Positions 8,819 through 19,283 of a stretch of DNA of 64,000 nucleotides are shown here, piece after piece. Made by a program: the position numbers and the translations under genes. The notes below the pieces were generated by a model. It saw only the letters and a program-made list of their open reading frames with translations. It searched no databases and had not been told where the DNA came from. Within the stretch, counting starts at the first letter, position 1, and every line of letters starts with the position of its first letter. The DNA is from Desulfovibrionales bacterium (GTDB lineage: Bacteria; Desulfobacterota; Desulfovibrionia; Desulfovibrionales; Desulfovibrionaceae): the NCBI GenBank assembly GCA_030156255.1, contig JASGMV010000001.1, forward strand, positions 46,935-110,934, in the 5' to 3' direction.

Positions 8819-11800
8819 GTGCAATCCCGCCAACATCGAGAGCTCGAAGGCTTCGATTCGGTCTACGCTTTTTTGTGGTCCACGACGCTTTACGAACCGC
8901 AGGAACGCATCTTTCCAGAAATCCAACGTATTCTCGAACTGCACCGGAAGCTGGCCGAAGCCGATCCCGACAGCTCGGCCTCCGAGCCCGCCCACTCGAG
9001 GCTGGCCGTTCTGCTGTCGCGCATAATCCGCAGCGCCGAATCCGAGGCGCTTCGCGCGATGCTTTTACCCTGGCTCGCCCAATGCGGCTGCTTCGGCATG
9101 ACTCTGGCCGCGCACGCCATCATTTCCGGCCCCTATACCCCCAAGGAGCTCGACAAACTTTTATCCGACCTGCCGCCGGAGCTCCTGCTGGATCTCCTTG
9201 AAGAAGTCGTCAACCGATCCGAGGGCAAGGAGGACATTCAGGATTGGGCCGTCAGTTTTCTCGACGTGGTGGCCGGGCAAAACCGGGAAGCCGTTCTTTG
9301 GAGCCTCTCCAAGGCGCGCAACGACCTGGAGGGCCCCTCCTACGCCTTGGAGCGCGCCGCCCTGGAGGGAGCCTTCGGCCAGCGTCTGCAAGAGCTGCTC
9401 GAGTCGCCCACGTCCCTGGGGGAAATGGTGGAGTACGTCCAGGCCGCCGGCATTCTGCCGTCGGCCGCCATGGCCGACCTGTTGATGCACCAAATAGAGC
9501 GGTGTTCGGACGAACTGACGCCCGATCTCCTGAAGGCCCTGGCCCAACAAGGAACGGCCACGCCCCAAAAGGTGAAGGCCCTGGTCAATCGGCTCTCCCA
9601 CAAAAACGAGCGTGTGCGCATCGCCGCTCTGGACGGCCTCATGAATCTGCGGCCTCCGAACATCGGTCAACTCCTGGCCCGGGTCCACGCCAAGCTGGTG
9701 GGGTTGCGCTGCGTGCTGCTGACGAGAATCCCTCTGCTTTCACGCGCCGAATTCAACGCCTTCATCAAAAGCATCCCCGAGAAGGAGCGTCCCGAACTCC
9801 TGTACCGATTGTTCCACATCCTCACGCATCTCGACTCCGAGTCGTTGAAAATCGCCCTGCGCATGACCCTGGCCGATCTCGGAGACAAATCTCCCGCGCA
9901 AAAGACGGTCCAGGCGCTGGAGTCGCTTTTGCCGCAACCGGAAATACCGAGCCTGAATAAACCGGAGCCGCCTTCCGGACCGGAAGCCCTGGCCGGGGAC
10001 AAGAACGGCAAAGAGTCCGGCGGACTGCTCAGCGGCCTGTTCGGCAAACCGGAAAAAAAGGCGCAGGGCCGGCCGAACAACGGGGAACCGTCCCTGCGCC
10101 TGGCCCAAACGGAGCTCAAGCGCGCGGACTACAAAGGCCGCCTGCTTCGCAAAGCCTGCTTTGAAGACGTCGTTCTCGATACATGCCATATGGAGCGCGC
10201 GTATTTCGAGGCCGGCGAATTCACTCGATGCGTCTTCAAGCATATGAACCTTCAACAGGCCGCCTTTGTGGACTGCGCCTTCAACGACTGCTCCTTCGAG
10301 GCCTGCGACCTTTCGGGGGCCCACTGGCACGGATGCTCCCTGCAGGGCGTTTGCTTCTCCCACTGCGTCATGGACCGCAGCCAGCATCACCGGAACCAGT
10401 GGCGGCAAGTGCTGCTGGAGGCCTCGACCCTGTTCGACGCCGCCCTGACCTTCCAGGACATGCTCGCCGTCCGCCTGTCCAACGTCGATTTGACCGAGGC
10501 CTCCCTGAACCGGGTGGAGGCCAACGGGTTGGAGCTCGCCGGCTGCCTGCTCCATCGCACGCTCTTTTTCCGTTGCCGGCTGGATAGCGTCACCACCTGG
10601 GCCTTGAGCATACGAAACTGCGGCGCCTCGGGTTTGGAGTCCTTCCACCCCGTGCTGCTGGACCTGGCGCGCAACAGCCTGCGCGACCGCATCGACGCGA
10701 TAACCGAAGAAGCGTGGGGGAGCAATCCGGACGGGCGCGAGCCGCCGAAGGCTTCGCCCCCGGCCCAGCGTCTGGCTGGGGAGGCCGTTTCGCGTTGGTT
10801 TGCGGCCAGGGACTTCAAAGACAAACTCACGCGCTTCATGGCCAACAACATCCGGCGCGAGGAATGGTGCAAGCAGAAACTCGGCTCGCGCCAATGGAAA
10901 CTCTACAAAGTCATTCCGCTGCTCTTGTCCAGCACGGCCTTCGACAAGGCCAGCGGTCTGTTTCCGGCGGCCCCCCCCTGTAGAATCAGCAATTACGCTC
11001 CGGACTACACCACCGTGCGTATCGCCCAGGAGCTCTTCCCCGAAGAAGAGAACTGGCTCTCCCAACCCGGCGACGCCCTGGCCATCGATGCGCTGTTCAC
11101 CATCGGCAGCGTCGGCACAGTGGCCCAGAACGAGGCCTCGGACCTGGACTACTGGGTCTGCGCCCAACTGTCCGACCTCGCCCCCGGCGACCGGGAAAGC
11201 CTGGCCGACAAACTGGCCATGCTCACGGATTGGGCCATGGAGCAGTTCGAACTGGAAGCCTATTTTTTCCTCATGGACAACGAAGACGTACGCAACAACA
11301 ACTTCGGGTTCAGCGACAAGGAAAGCTCCGGTTCGGCCCAGGCCATGATGCTCAAGGAGGAATTCTACCGCTCGGCCGTGCTCTCGGCCGGGAAATATCC
11401 CATCTGGTGGTTCACTCCGCCCGGGTCCAGCGCCAAGGGGTACGGAAGCGTTGCTCGGCAGGCCGAGCGCCTGATAGGCGCCGACCGCGTGGTGGACCTG
11501 GGCCGCATGGCCCCGATCCCCCCGGAGGAGTTTTTCGGCGCGGCTCTCTGGCAGATCGTCAAGGGGCTCAAAAGCCCATTCAAGTCCATCATGAAATTCG
11601 GGCTGCTCGAACGCTATACCATGGGCAGCGGAGAAACAGACGCCCTGCTTTGCGACAGGATCAAACGCAGCCTGCACGCCGGCGCCCAAAGTTTGTGGGA
11701 CATCGACCCGTACGTGGTCATGTTCCGGGAGATCATCGAGCACTACGAGCGGTCAAAAGACCGTGAGAGCGCCCGGCTCGCCGCCCTGTCCTTCCACCTC

Positions 11801-12715
11801 AAGGCCAGGCTCCACGAGGCCGCGGCCCAGGCCAAACGGCGTCCGGCCACCCGGCGCGAAAAAGACGTGCTGGAGCTGTTCTCCAAGACCACAGGCATCG
11901 GCCGGGACTCCTCCACGGCGGCCCTCGCCTCGTCGGACCTCACCTTCGAGCAGCTCGCCGCCCTCAGCGGCCGCGTCAACCAGTTCATGACAAAGACCTA
12001 CACCCGGGTACGGCAAAGCCAGGGCGAAAGCGCCAAGCTGGCGATCACTCCGGAGGATTTGACCAAGCTCGGCAGGAAAATCTTCGCCACCTTCTCCCGC
12101 CGGCGGCACAAAATCGAACACTCGGCCTTCCTCAACCTGAAAGCCGGCTTCTTCAACAATCTCCATGTGGCCGTGCACCACGAGAAAAAAGGGCGATCCT
12201 GGGAGTTGGTCGGCGGGCAGATGGACGAAGCCCACGGCAGGGTGCGCATATCCAAGCTCCGCAAAGGGCCCGCGCTCGTCCCCCTGCTGGTCTGGTTCTC
12301 AGCCAACAAGCTCCATCACGAGGGACTCCAGCTCAAGCTCGACCTGCAGGCCGCGCCCCTCACGCCCCAGGACGTCATGGAGCTTCTCACCGCCTTCGCG
12401 GCCTTTTTCCCGGCCAAAGAGACCTTCGAAACCGATATCGACGAAAACCTCAAGGCCGAGCGCATCACTCGGGCCTTTTTCGTGCTCAACCTCATGGCGC
12501 CCAGAGACGCCGACGTGATCCGGGAGGTGTCCCTGGTCTACTCCACGAACTGGGGGGAGCTCTTCTGCCGCGACATGCCGGCCGAGGACGAGATCATCGC
12601 CGTGGACCCCTACCAGTACCTGAAGAACCATCTGGACATCGAGGCGCCCGAGACGCCGGTGATGGACATCTACATCCCCAACCGGTCCATGTGCCCGGGC
12701 ATTCTGCTTATCTGA
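8819..12715 (+). CDS. Class-I (CyaA-type) adenylate cyclase with N-terminal HEAT-like and pentapeptide-repeat extension
   Basis: The catalytic region aligns with E. coli CyaA from memory:
- 'FTIGSVGTVAQNEASDLDYWVC' vs '[22 protein letters not shown]'
- 'EEFYRSAVLSAGK' vs 'DEFYRTAVRLAGK'
- 'EEFFGAALWQIVKGLKSPFKS' vs '[21 protein letters not shown]'

A HEAT-like 'ERVRIAALDGL' is present. Pentapeptide repeats lie at about nt 10150-10600. The start is inferred as in-frame GTG 8819, 8 nt after GGAG; the track ORF start 8165 overlaps hemC and fmdB. Confidence 0.85.
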   Translation: MQSRQHRELEGFDSVYAFLWSTTLYEPQERIFPEIQRILELHRKLAEADPDSSASEPAHSRLAVLLSRIIRSAESEALRAMLLPWLAQCGCFGMTLAAHAIISGPYTPKELDKLLSDLPPELLLDLLEEVVNRSEGKEDIQDWAVSFLDVVAGQNREAVLWSLSKARNDLEGPSYALERAALEGAFGQRLQELLESPTSLGEMVEYVQAAGILPSAAMADLLMHQIERCSDELTPDLLKALAQQGTATPQKVKALVNRLSHKNERVRIAALDGLMNLRPPNIGQLLARVHAKLVGLRCVLLTRIPLLSRAEFNAFIKSIPEKERPELLYRLFHILTHLDSESLKIALRMTLADLGDKSPAQKTVQALESLLPQPEIPSLNKPEPPSGPEALAGDKNGKESGGLLSGLFGKPEKKAQGRPNNGEPSLRLAQTELKRADYKGRLLRKACFEDVVLDTCHMERAYFEAGEFTRCVFKHMNLQQAAFVDCAFNDCSFEACDLSGAHWHGCSLQGVCFSHCVMDRSQHHRNQWRQVLLEASTLFDAALTFQDMLAVRLSNVDLTEASLNRVEANGLELAGCLLHRTLFFRCRLDSVTTWALSIRNCGASGLESFHPVLLDLARNSLRDRIDAITEEAWGSNPDGREPPKASPPAQRLAGEAVSRWFAARDFKDKLTRFMANNIRREEWCKQKLGSRQWKLYKVIPLLLSSTAFDKASGLFPAAPPCRISNYAPDYTTVRIAQELFPEEENWLSQPGDALAIDALFTIGSVGTVAQNEASDLDYWVCAQLSDLAPGDRESLADKLAMLTDWAMEQFELEAYFFLMDNEDVRNNNFGFSDKESSGSAQAMMLKEEFYRSAVLSAGKYPIWWFTPPGSSAKGYGSVARQAERLIGADRVVDLGRMAPIPPEEFFGAALWQIVKGLKSPFKSIMKFGLLERYTMGSGETDALLCDRIKRSLHAGAQSLWDIDPYVVMFREIIEHYERSKDRESARLAALSFHLKARLHEAAAQAKRRPATRREKDVLELFSKTTGIGRDSSTAALASSDLTFEQLAALSGRVNQFMTKTYTRVRQSQGESAKLAITPEDLTKLGRKIFATFSRRRHKIEHSAFLNLKAGFFNNLHVAVHHEKKGRSWELVGGQMDEAHGRVRISKLRKGPALVPLLVWFSANKLHHEGLQLKLDLQAAPLTPQDVMELLTAFAAFFPAKETFETDIDENLKAERITRAFFVLNLMAPRDADVIREVSLVYSTNWGELFCRDMPAEDEIIAVDPYQYLKNHLDIEAPETPVMDIYIPNRSMCPGILLI

Positions 12716-12742
12716 GGCGTCGCAGGCGTGCGGCCCGGCCCG

Positions 12743-14506
12743 TCAGGCCGCGGCTTCGAACTGCATCCGGTACAGCCGCGCGTAGAGCGGACACGTTTCC
12801 AGCAATTTCTTGTGCTTGCCCTGGGCGATGACCCGGCCGTTCTCCATCACCACGATCAGGTGGGCGGAGAGGATGGTGGACAGCCGGTGGGCTATGACGA
12901 TGCTGGTCCGGTCCCTCATGAGGTTTTCCAACGCCATCTGAACGATCCGCTCGCTTTCGGTGTCCAAAGCGCTGGTGGCCTCGTCCAGGACCAGCAACGG
13001 CGGGTTCTTGTACAGCGCCCGGGCGATGGTGAGGCGCTGCTTCTGGCCGCCGGAGAGCATGACGCCCCGTTCGCCCACCAGAGTGTCGTACCCCTTGGGC
13101 AGTTGCATGACGAACTCGTGGGCGTAGGCCGCCTCGGCCGCGGCTTCGATACGGGCGGGGTCCTTCTCGTCGCACGCGTAGGCGATGTTGTCGGCCACGG
13201 TGGCGTTGAACAGGAACGTGTCCTGGGAAACCAGGCCCATGGACAACCTGAGGCTGGCCAGATCGTATTCGGTCAGGGAGACCCCGTTGAGGCGCACGTC
13301 CCCGGACTGCCAACGATGAAACAGCGGCATCAAGCTGACCAAGGTGGTCTTGCCCGCTCCCGACGGCCCCACGATGGCCACCCGCTCGCCCACCCGGACC
13401 TCGAAGCTCACGCCGTTCAGGGCGGGATGCGTGGCGCCGGGGTAGGCAAAAGTGACGTTGTCGAACTCCAGCCGCTCCACGGGAGGTTCGAACTTCTTGG
13501 TTCCTGCGCGCTCCACCGCCACGTCCGGAGAATCGAGAATGTGAAAGACCCGCTCGCCGCCGGCCAGGGCCTGTTGGATGTCCAGATTGCAGCTGTTCAT
13601 CTTCTTGATGGGATCGTACAGCATGAGCAGTGCGGCCATGAAGGAAAAGAAGGCTCCGGGGGTGGACTTGCCCTCGATGACGTGCAGGCCACCGTACCAG
13701 ACGACGAATCCCACGCCCAACGCGCCGACGGTCTCCATGAAGCGCGAGGACATCTCGCTGGCCAGAATCTGCTTGACGAGAATGGACGTGAGCCGACCGT
13801 TTTCCTCGTCGAACTTGGCGGATTCGGCCGCCTCGTTGGCGAAGGCCTTGATGACCCGCGTTCCGCTGAACGTCTCCTGGAGAAAGGAGCTGATGTCCGC
13901 CACCTTGCCCTGGTTCCTGCGCCCGAGCTTGCGCAGCTTTTTGCCGTAGTAGATGAACGGATAGATGGCCAGCGGCAGAACCAGCACGGCCCAGATGGCC
14001 AAAAACCAATCCTGGTAGAACACCACGCCGATCAGGGCCAGGATGGTGATGCACTCCCGCGAGAACATGACGATGGACGGCAGGCTGGTTCTGATGGCCG
14101 CGACGTCGTTCAGAATGCGGGACATGAGCATGCCCACCTGGGACTCGTCGAAAAAGCTCATGGGTAGCCGGACGATCTTGGCGTACAGCTCGTTGCGCAA
14201 GACCTCCAGCACCCGAAGCCCGGAAAGGTTCATCAGGTAGTTTTGCAGAAACCGGAACACGCCTTTGACCATGAACAACAGGATGAAGGCGATGGGGATG
14301 AAGACCAGCGCGCCGCGATCCTTGTCCATGAAAATCTTGTCCATGGCCGGCTGGACCAGATAGGCCGTGCCGGCCGTGCACAAGGCCACCACGCCCATGG
14401 ACACGAAGGACATGATGACCTTGCCCTTGTGCGGCCAGAAATAAAACAAAATGCGTTTCAGAAGACGCCGATTGCTATGCGGTATGTACTGTTGCTCTTC
14501 ACTCAC
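12743..14506 (-). CDS. ABC exporter, fused permease/ATPase (MsbA-like)
   Basis: Six-TM exporter domain plus NBD with Walker A 'GPSGAGKTT', signature 'LSGGQKQR' and Walker B 'LLVLDEATSALD'. Confidence 0.9.
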   Translation of the reverse strand: MSEEQQYIPHSNRRLLKRILFYFWPHKGKVIMSFVSMGVVALCTAGTAYLVQPAMDKIFMDKDRGALVFIPIAFILLFMVKGVFRFLQNYLMNLSGLRVLEVLRNELYAKIVRLPMSFFDESQVGMLMSRILNDVAAIRTSLPSIVMFSRECITILALIGVVFYQDWFLAIWAVLVLPLAIYPFIYYGKKLRKLGRRNQGKVADISSFLQETFSGTRVIKAFANEAAESAKFDEENGRLTSILVKQILASEMSSRFMETVGALGVGFVVWYGGLHVIEGKSTPGAFFSFMAALLMLYDPIKKMNSCNLDIQQALAGGERVFHILDSPDVAVERAGTKKFEPPVERLEFDNVTFAYPGATHPALNGVSFEVRVGERVAIVGPSGAGKTTLVSLMPLFHRWQSGDVRLNGVSLTEYDLASLRLSMGLVSQDTFLFNATVADNIAYACDEKDPARIEAAAEAAYAHEFVMQLPKGYDTLVGERGVMLSGGQKQRLTIARALYKNPPLLVLDEATSALDTESERIVQMALENLMRDRTSIVIAHRLSTILSAHLIVVMENGRVIAQGKHKKLLETCPLYARLYRMQFEAAA

Positions 14507-14687
14507 GAATCCACTCGCTGTTTTGGTTCAAACCGGAAGACCGCACGGGGAGGCCTCGCCGGAGGCCAGCCAGGAGGGGATACCAGATGAAAGCAACGCC
14601 GTCGATGTCGAAAAAAAGCCTTGGCGGGCGGGGGGGGGCGAGCCCGGCCAGGGAGGCTCGCACCCTGGCCGGAACGAATGTCAACGG

Positions 14688-15650
14688 TTATTCGCTCTGG
14701 AAGCTTTCGACCAGTCTGAGAACACGGGCCGGCAGATCCTGAACCTCGGCCTTCGATATCTGGTCGTCGGCCCCCACGGACTCGCCTTTGTGCCGCAGGG
14801 TGTCCGTAATGATGGAAGAGCAAAGGATTACAGGTATTCGCCGCAACATCGGGTCGTCCTTGATGCGCTTGGTCAAATTGTGGCCGTCCATGACCGGCAT
14901 TTCGATGTCCGAGACCACCACGTTGACAAAATCCGTGATGTGCTTGCCTTCATCCTCGGCCATGGCCTTCCACTGGTTGATCTGCTCCCAGGCCATCTTG
15001 CCGTTGATGCTTCGGGTGACCTTGAATCCGGCGTCCTCCAGCACCTTGCTCAGCATGCGCCGGATCATGGTGGAGTCGTCGGCGAGCAGGGCTTTGGGCG
15101 TACGCTTCGTAACCCGCTGGACGAGGTCCGCTTCAATCTCCACCTCCCGGCGCATGGACGGATTCAGGTCGGCGACGATCTTTTCCAGGTCCAGCAGAAA
15201 TACGATCCGCCCCTCCAGCTTGACCACGCCGGTGATGGAATTTTCCGTCAACGAAGACACCTGCTTACTGGGCGCCTCCACCTCCTCCCAACTGATGCGA
15301 TGGATGCGGGTGACGCCGGAAACCAGAAAGGCGGTGGTGATGCGGTTGAACTCGGTGACGATGACTTTAGGCGACCCCTCGTCGAACCGCCGCTTGCGCA
15401 CGCGCAGGCTCAGGTCGATCAAGGGGATGATCTCGCTGCGCAAATCGAAAGCTCCCATCACCGCAGGATCGGACGCGTCCGGCATATCGGTCAGCGCCGG
15501 CAGGCGTATGATCTCCAGCACTTTGGCGACGTTGATTCCATAGTAGCAGCGATGGGGCTCTTCGCCTTCGCGGGGAATTTCGTCGATGTAGAATTCGACG
15601 ATCTCCAGCTCATTCGTTCCCGATTCCAGAAGAATATTGGTCTGGGCCAT
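14688..15650 (-). CDS. cheV: Chemotaxis coupling protein CheV (CheW domain + receiver)
   Basis: N-terminal CheW-like domain ('ELEIVEFYI...YGINVAKVLEI') plus C-terminal receiver ('ALLADDSTMIR', 'VVSDIEMPVMDG'). Confidence 0.9.
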   Translation of the reverse strand: MAQTNILLESGTNELEIVEFYIDEIPREGEEPHRCYYGINVAKVLEIIRLPALTDMPDASDPAVMGAFDLRSEIIPLIDLSLRVRKRRFDEGSPKVIVTEFNRITTAFLVSGVTRIHRISWEEVEAPSKQVSSLTENSITGVVKLEGRIVFLLDLEKIVADLNPSMRREVEIEADLVQRVTKRTPKALLADDSTMIRRMLSKVLEDAGFKVTRSINGKMAWEQINQWKAMAEDEGKHITDFVNVVVSDIEMPVMDGHNLTKRIKDDPMLRRIPVILCSSIITDTLRHKGESVGADDQISKAEVQDLPARVLRLVESFQSE

Positions 15651-16100
15651 GACGTTCTCCCAAGGTCTGTTTTGCGCACCCGATCAGTCGGCGCTCGCTA
15701 CTCACCGGCGGCGTAGGCCGGCGGCGCATAGGGCGCCAGTAAAAATCAAAACACAGGCGAGCTGAAAATGGCAAGCGATAAGAACTTCAATCTGTTACGC
15801 CTGAAACACCCGGCGCATCCTCGTTTTCGTCCGCCAGTAAGCGCCTGCAAGAGAGGGCGGTTTCATATCTTTAACACAATAACAACAGATTTTTCCACAT
15901 CCAGGACATGAAAATATCAGACCCAAAAATGGAGCGCCTCGCCAGGCCGTTGCTTGCGCCGGGGCTGATTTCTCCATAAGACCTGAAAGGCGAAGCGGTT
16001 ATGAATATCGCAAGGCAAGCCGCCCGGCCGCCTTCACCTGGGGCGGACTGCCGCCTGCAAGGTCGATTCGGCGCTCGCGCGCCGGCGGAGGAGCCCGGAC

Positions 16101-17150
16101 ATGGACGTGGACGTGGTCATCACCGGCCTCAACGTCGAAAACCATATCGCCGACTGTGCGGCCAGCGTCCGGGCGTCCCGCTACCGGAAAGGCGAATTGC
16201 GCCTGTGGTATGTGGATTTAGGCTCCGCCGACTCCAGCGTGCTCATGGCGCGGCGAATTCCGGGTTTGCAGGTCCTGCACGGGCCCGAACGCGGACTCTC
16301 CCCGTGCGCGGGACGCAACCTCGGCTGGAGAAGGGGGGACGCGCCGCTGGTCCTGTTTCTGGACGCCAGATCGCGGCTGTCCCGCCATTGGGTCGAAGCC
16401 GCGGTGCGGTCCATGGAGCCGGGGACGGGCGCCGTGAGCGGCCTGCCGGTCCCGTCCAAGGACTGCGGGTTCTGGTCCAAGGCGTTGATCTGGGAAGACC
16501 GCCCCATCCTGGAGACGGACGACCCACTGCCTGCAAACGAGTGCATCGTCCGGAGGAAAGTCCTGCAACTGGCCCACGGGCTGGACCAAACGCTGGCGCC
16601 GGCGTCCATGGCCGGCCTGGGCGTCTGGATGGTCGACAAGGGATGGCGCACCGGCCTCACCCGGAGGATATCCGTCCGGTCCCAGGCCCGGGAATTGGAA
16701 TTTTCCGGCTTTCTCCGCCGGTGCTACCGGCAGGGCCAAGCCTACGCGGAAATCCGGCTGCGCCGAGGCTTTCTGCGGCGCAAGGTCCCCGGCCAGGCCG
16801 GCGCCCAAGCGGCCTCGGCCGTTTGGCGCTGCGGCTCGGCGGCGTTGCTCGCGGCTTTTGGAGCGGCCGGCCTGCTTTTAAAACGTCTGGACTTGGCGCT
16901 GTTGCTGCCCATGGGCGCCTTCATCGCCATTTTTCCCCGCATTTGGCGAGTGGGAGAATTATGCGCGGAGCGCGACCTGAATTTCCGGAACGGCGAAAAT
17001 TTCGCCTGGGCTCGCTGCGCCGCGGGCTTTCCATGGGCCGCAGGTTATCTCGCCCGTGTCTGCTCACGGCCATGGCGCATTTTTAAAGCCTCCGAGCGGC
17101 CGGGAGGAGCTAGACGCAAAGCGGATCAAGAATCATCCAAATACACTTGA
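16101..17150 (+). CDS. Family-2 glycosyltransferase with hydrophobic C-terminus
   Basis: GT-A motifs 'DVVITGLN', 'YVDLGSADSS', 'AGRNLGW', 'LFLDARS'. The competing frame 16001..17086 is Arg/Pro/Gly junk. Confidence 0.75.
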   Translation: MDVDVVITGLNVENHIADCAASVRASRYRKGELRLWYVDLGSADSSVLMARRIPGLQVLHGPERGLSPCAGRNLGWRRGDAPLVLFLDARSRLSRHWVEAAVRSMEPGTGAVSGLPVPSKDCGFWSKALIWEDRPILETDDPLPANECIVRRKVLQLAHGLDQTLAPASMAGLGVWMVDKGWRTGLTRRISVRSQARELEFSGFLRRCYRQGQAYAEIRLRRGFLRRKVPGQAGAQAASAVWRCGSAALLAAFGAAGLLLKRLDLALLLPMGAFIAIFPRIWRVGELCAERDLNFRNGENFAWARCAAGFPWAAGYLARVCSRPWRIFKASERPGGARRKADQESSKYT

Positions 17151-17244
17151 CCGAAGAACCGGCCCCTTCTACCATAAAAGCGATCATCAGGACCGCTGCG
17201 CGCGAACCGGCGAAGCGGATCCCTCCACAGGAGACGCCCCTTTT

Positions 17245-17649
17245 ATGCACGCACACACCCGCGACACCTGTCCCGGACGCTGGAGACTGACCGTTCAGGA
17301 GGAGTTCAGCGCATCCCACCAGCTCGATCATTTCAAGGGCCGTTGCGAACGCCTGCACGGCCACAACTTCGGGGTCAGCGCGGTCGTCGAGGGCGACGTT
17401 CTGGAGGCGGACTGCGAAATCCTCATGGACTTCGGCGACCTTCGCAGGCTTTTGCGCCAAGTGCTCGATCCTCTGGAGCACGCCCACCTCAACGAGGCCG
17501 AAGTCCTGGCCGGCGCCAACCCGTCCTCCGAAAACCTGGCTCGGTATGTTTTTCGGGCTCTGCGTGCGCTGTTGCCGGCGAACGTCCGGCTGGCGGAAGT
17601 AAGCATCGACGAAAAGCGCGGCTCCCGCGCAACCTATCTGGAGGACTGA
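17245..17649 (+). CDS. queD: 6-carboxy-5,6,7,8-tetrahydropterin synthase
   Basis: 'CERLHGHNF' and 'MDFGDLRR' motifs of the PTPS/QueD fold. ATG 17245 lies within track ORF 17056..17649. Confidence 0.85.
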
Positions 17650-17656
17650 AAGAGCC

Positions 17657-18124
17657 ATGCGGCTTTTGCTCCAGCGAGTCCGGCGGGCCAAGGTCGAAAC
17701 GGACCAGGGCGTCGCCGGGGAAATCGGCGCCGGACTGCTCGTCCTGGCGGGATTCGGCGCCGAAGACGACGCAGGACTCCCGAACCGTCCCGTATGGCGC
17801 AAAATGATCGACAAAATGCTCGGGCTGCGCATCTTCCCCGACGAGCAGGACAAAATGAACCGCTCCCTGGCGGACGCGCAGGGCGATTTGCTGCTGGTCT
17901 CGCAATTCACGCTCTATGCGGACTGCCGCAAGGGCCGGCGCCCGTCCTTCACCTCCGCGGCCCCGCCGGAGACGGCGCTCGGCCTGTTCAACCGCCTCGC
18001 CGAGGACGTCTCGCGCCTGGCGCCGGGCCATGTCGGATCCGGCGTCTTCGGAGAACTCATGGACGTCTCCCTGACCAACTGGGGTCCCGTCACCATCATG
18101 CTCGACTCCAACGACCTGGGGTGA
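17657..18124 (+). CDS. dtd: D-aminoacyl-tRNA deacylase
   Basis: 'MRLLLQRV', '[12 protein letters not shown]', '[19 protein letters not shown]', '[11 protein letters not shown]' parallel E. coli Dtd. Confidence 0.92.
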
Positions 18125-18128
18125 CGCC

Positions 18129-19283
18129 ATGGACCAGTTCGAACCCAAAACCCGCCTCAAGGTCCTGATAGCCGACGACTCCCAGGCCTTTCTCAGCTTT
18201 CTCAGCCGGTTCCTGTCCGACGAGTACGACGTCCGAACCGCCCGCAACGGCTTGGAGTGCATGGAGATACTGCCGGTTTTCAATCCCGAAATCCTTCTGG
18301 TGGACCTGCTCATGCCCGAAATGGGGGGGCTCGAAGTCATCGAGGAGGTGCGGGGGCGGAAAAACGATCAAGCCCTGTACATCATCGTGCTCACCGGGGA
18401 GGACGCTTCCGACTCCAAGTCCCGCGCGCTGAATATGGGGGCCAACGACTATCTGACCAAGCCCTTCGACAAGCAGGAGCTGCTGGCGCGAGTCCGGGTG
18501 GCCGGCCGCCAAGTCCTTCTCTATGACAGGCTCAATGAAGCCTACGGCAAGATCAAGGACGAAATGCGGCTGGTTTCGCATTTGCAAGCCCTGCTGCTGC
18601 CGCGGGCCATCCCCGAAATTCCCGGTCTGCACATCGAGCACTGGTATCACCCCTCCACCCAGTCCAGCGGCGACTACTATGATTACATCGACATGGGAGA
18701 CGGCTTGGTTCGGCTGGCCGTGGCGGACGTATCCGGCCATGGAGCGCGGGCCGCTTTTCTCATGGCCATCGTCCGGACCATGCTGCGGGAAAGCGCCCGG
18801 CGGCGAATGCCCCTGGATCAGACATTCACCGCGATGAATGTGCACCTGTGCGAAATTCTGGAGACGGAGAGCGACTACGTAACGCTTTTCGCTGCGGACC
18901 TGGATACCCGCTCCCAGACCATGAGCTACCTGAACGCAGGGCACTGCCCCGGTCTGATCGCCGTTTCTCCGGGGGAAATTGATCTGTTGACGCCGCAATC
19001 TCCGCCGTTAGGGTTCTTCCCCCTTGACTTTCCTCTAAAAAACGTGCGCTTAAAAAACAGATTGGAATTGTTCCTGTTCACCGACGGGTTCTACGAGTGG
19101 GACATCGCCCCGGGGACCCAACTGGGGCTGGATCGCTTTTTAGAGATGGCCTCGGGTTTGATGCGCAGCGGAGACTTTTCATTGTCCAAGTTGAACGAGC
19201 AGCTCACGAACTTCATCGGCCGCCGTCCGGCGTACAGAGACGACCTCACCGCCTTGCAGGTCAACTGGAGCTCAGGTGTCTGA
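18129..19283 (+). CDS. Response regulator fused to PP2C/SpoIIE-type phosphatase (RsbU/HsbR-like)
   Basis: Receiver ('VLIADDS', 'LLVDLLMPEMGG', 'YLTKPF') followed by a PP2C domain ('SGDYYDYI', 'LAVADVSGHGARAA', 'LFLFTDG', 'DDLTAL'). Confidence 0.9.
   Translation: MDQFEPKTRLKVLIADDSQAFLSFLSRFLSDEYDVRTARNGLECMEILPVFNPEILLVDLLMPEMGGLEVIEEVRGRKNDQALYIIVLTGEDASDSKSRALNMGANDYLTKPFDKQELLARVRVAGRQVLLYDRLNEAYGKIKDEMRLVSHLQALLLPRAIPEIPGLHIEHWYHPSTQSSGDYYDYIDMGDGLVRLAVADVSGHGARAAFLMAIVRTMLRESARRRMPLDQTFTAMNVHLCEILETESDYVTLFAADLDTRSQTMSYLNAGHCPGLIAVSPGEIDLLTPQSPPLGFFPLDFPLKNVRLKNRLELFLFTDGFYEWDIAPGTQLGLDRFLEMASGLMRSGDFSLSKLNEQLTNFIGRRPAYRDDLTALQVNWSSGV

Noticed and set aside
9740-11743. 667-aa ORF on the - strand
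   Set aside because: Antisense shadow of the adenylate cyclase gene. No motifs.
12708-14381. 557-aa ORF on the - strand, alternative frame of the ABC exporter
   Set aside because: Same strand but a different frame from the ORF carrying the Walker A/B and signature motifs. Arg/Gly/His-rich junk.
15795-15977. 60-aa Cys-rich ORF ('CPGCGKICCYC') in the cheV / GT2 intergenic region
   Set aside because: No SD and no homology I recognise. It lies in an AT-rich promoter-like spacer. I could not support it as a gene.
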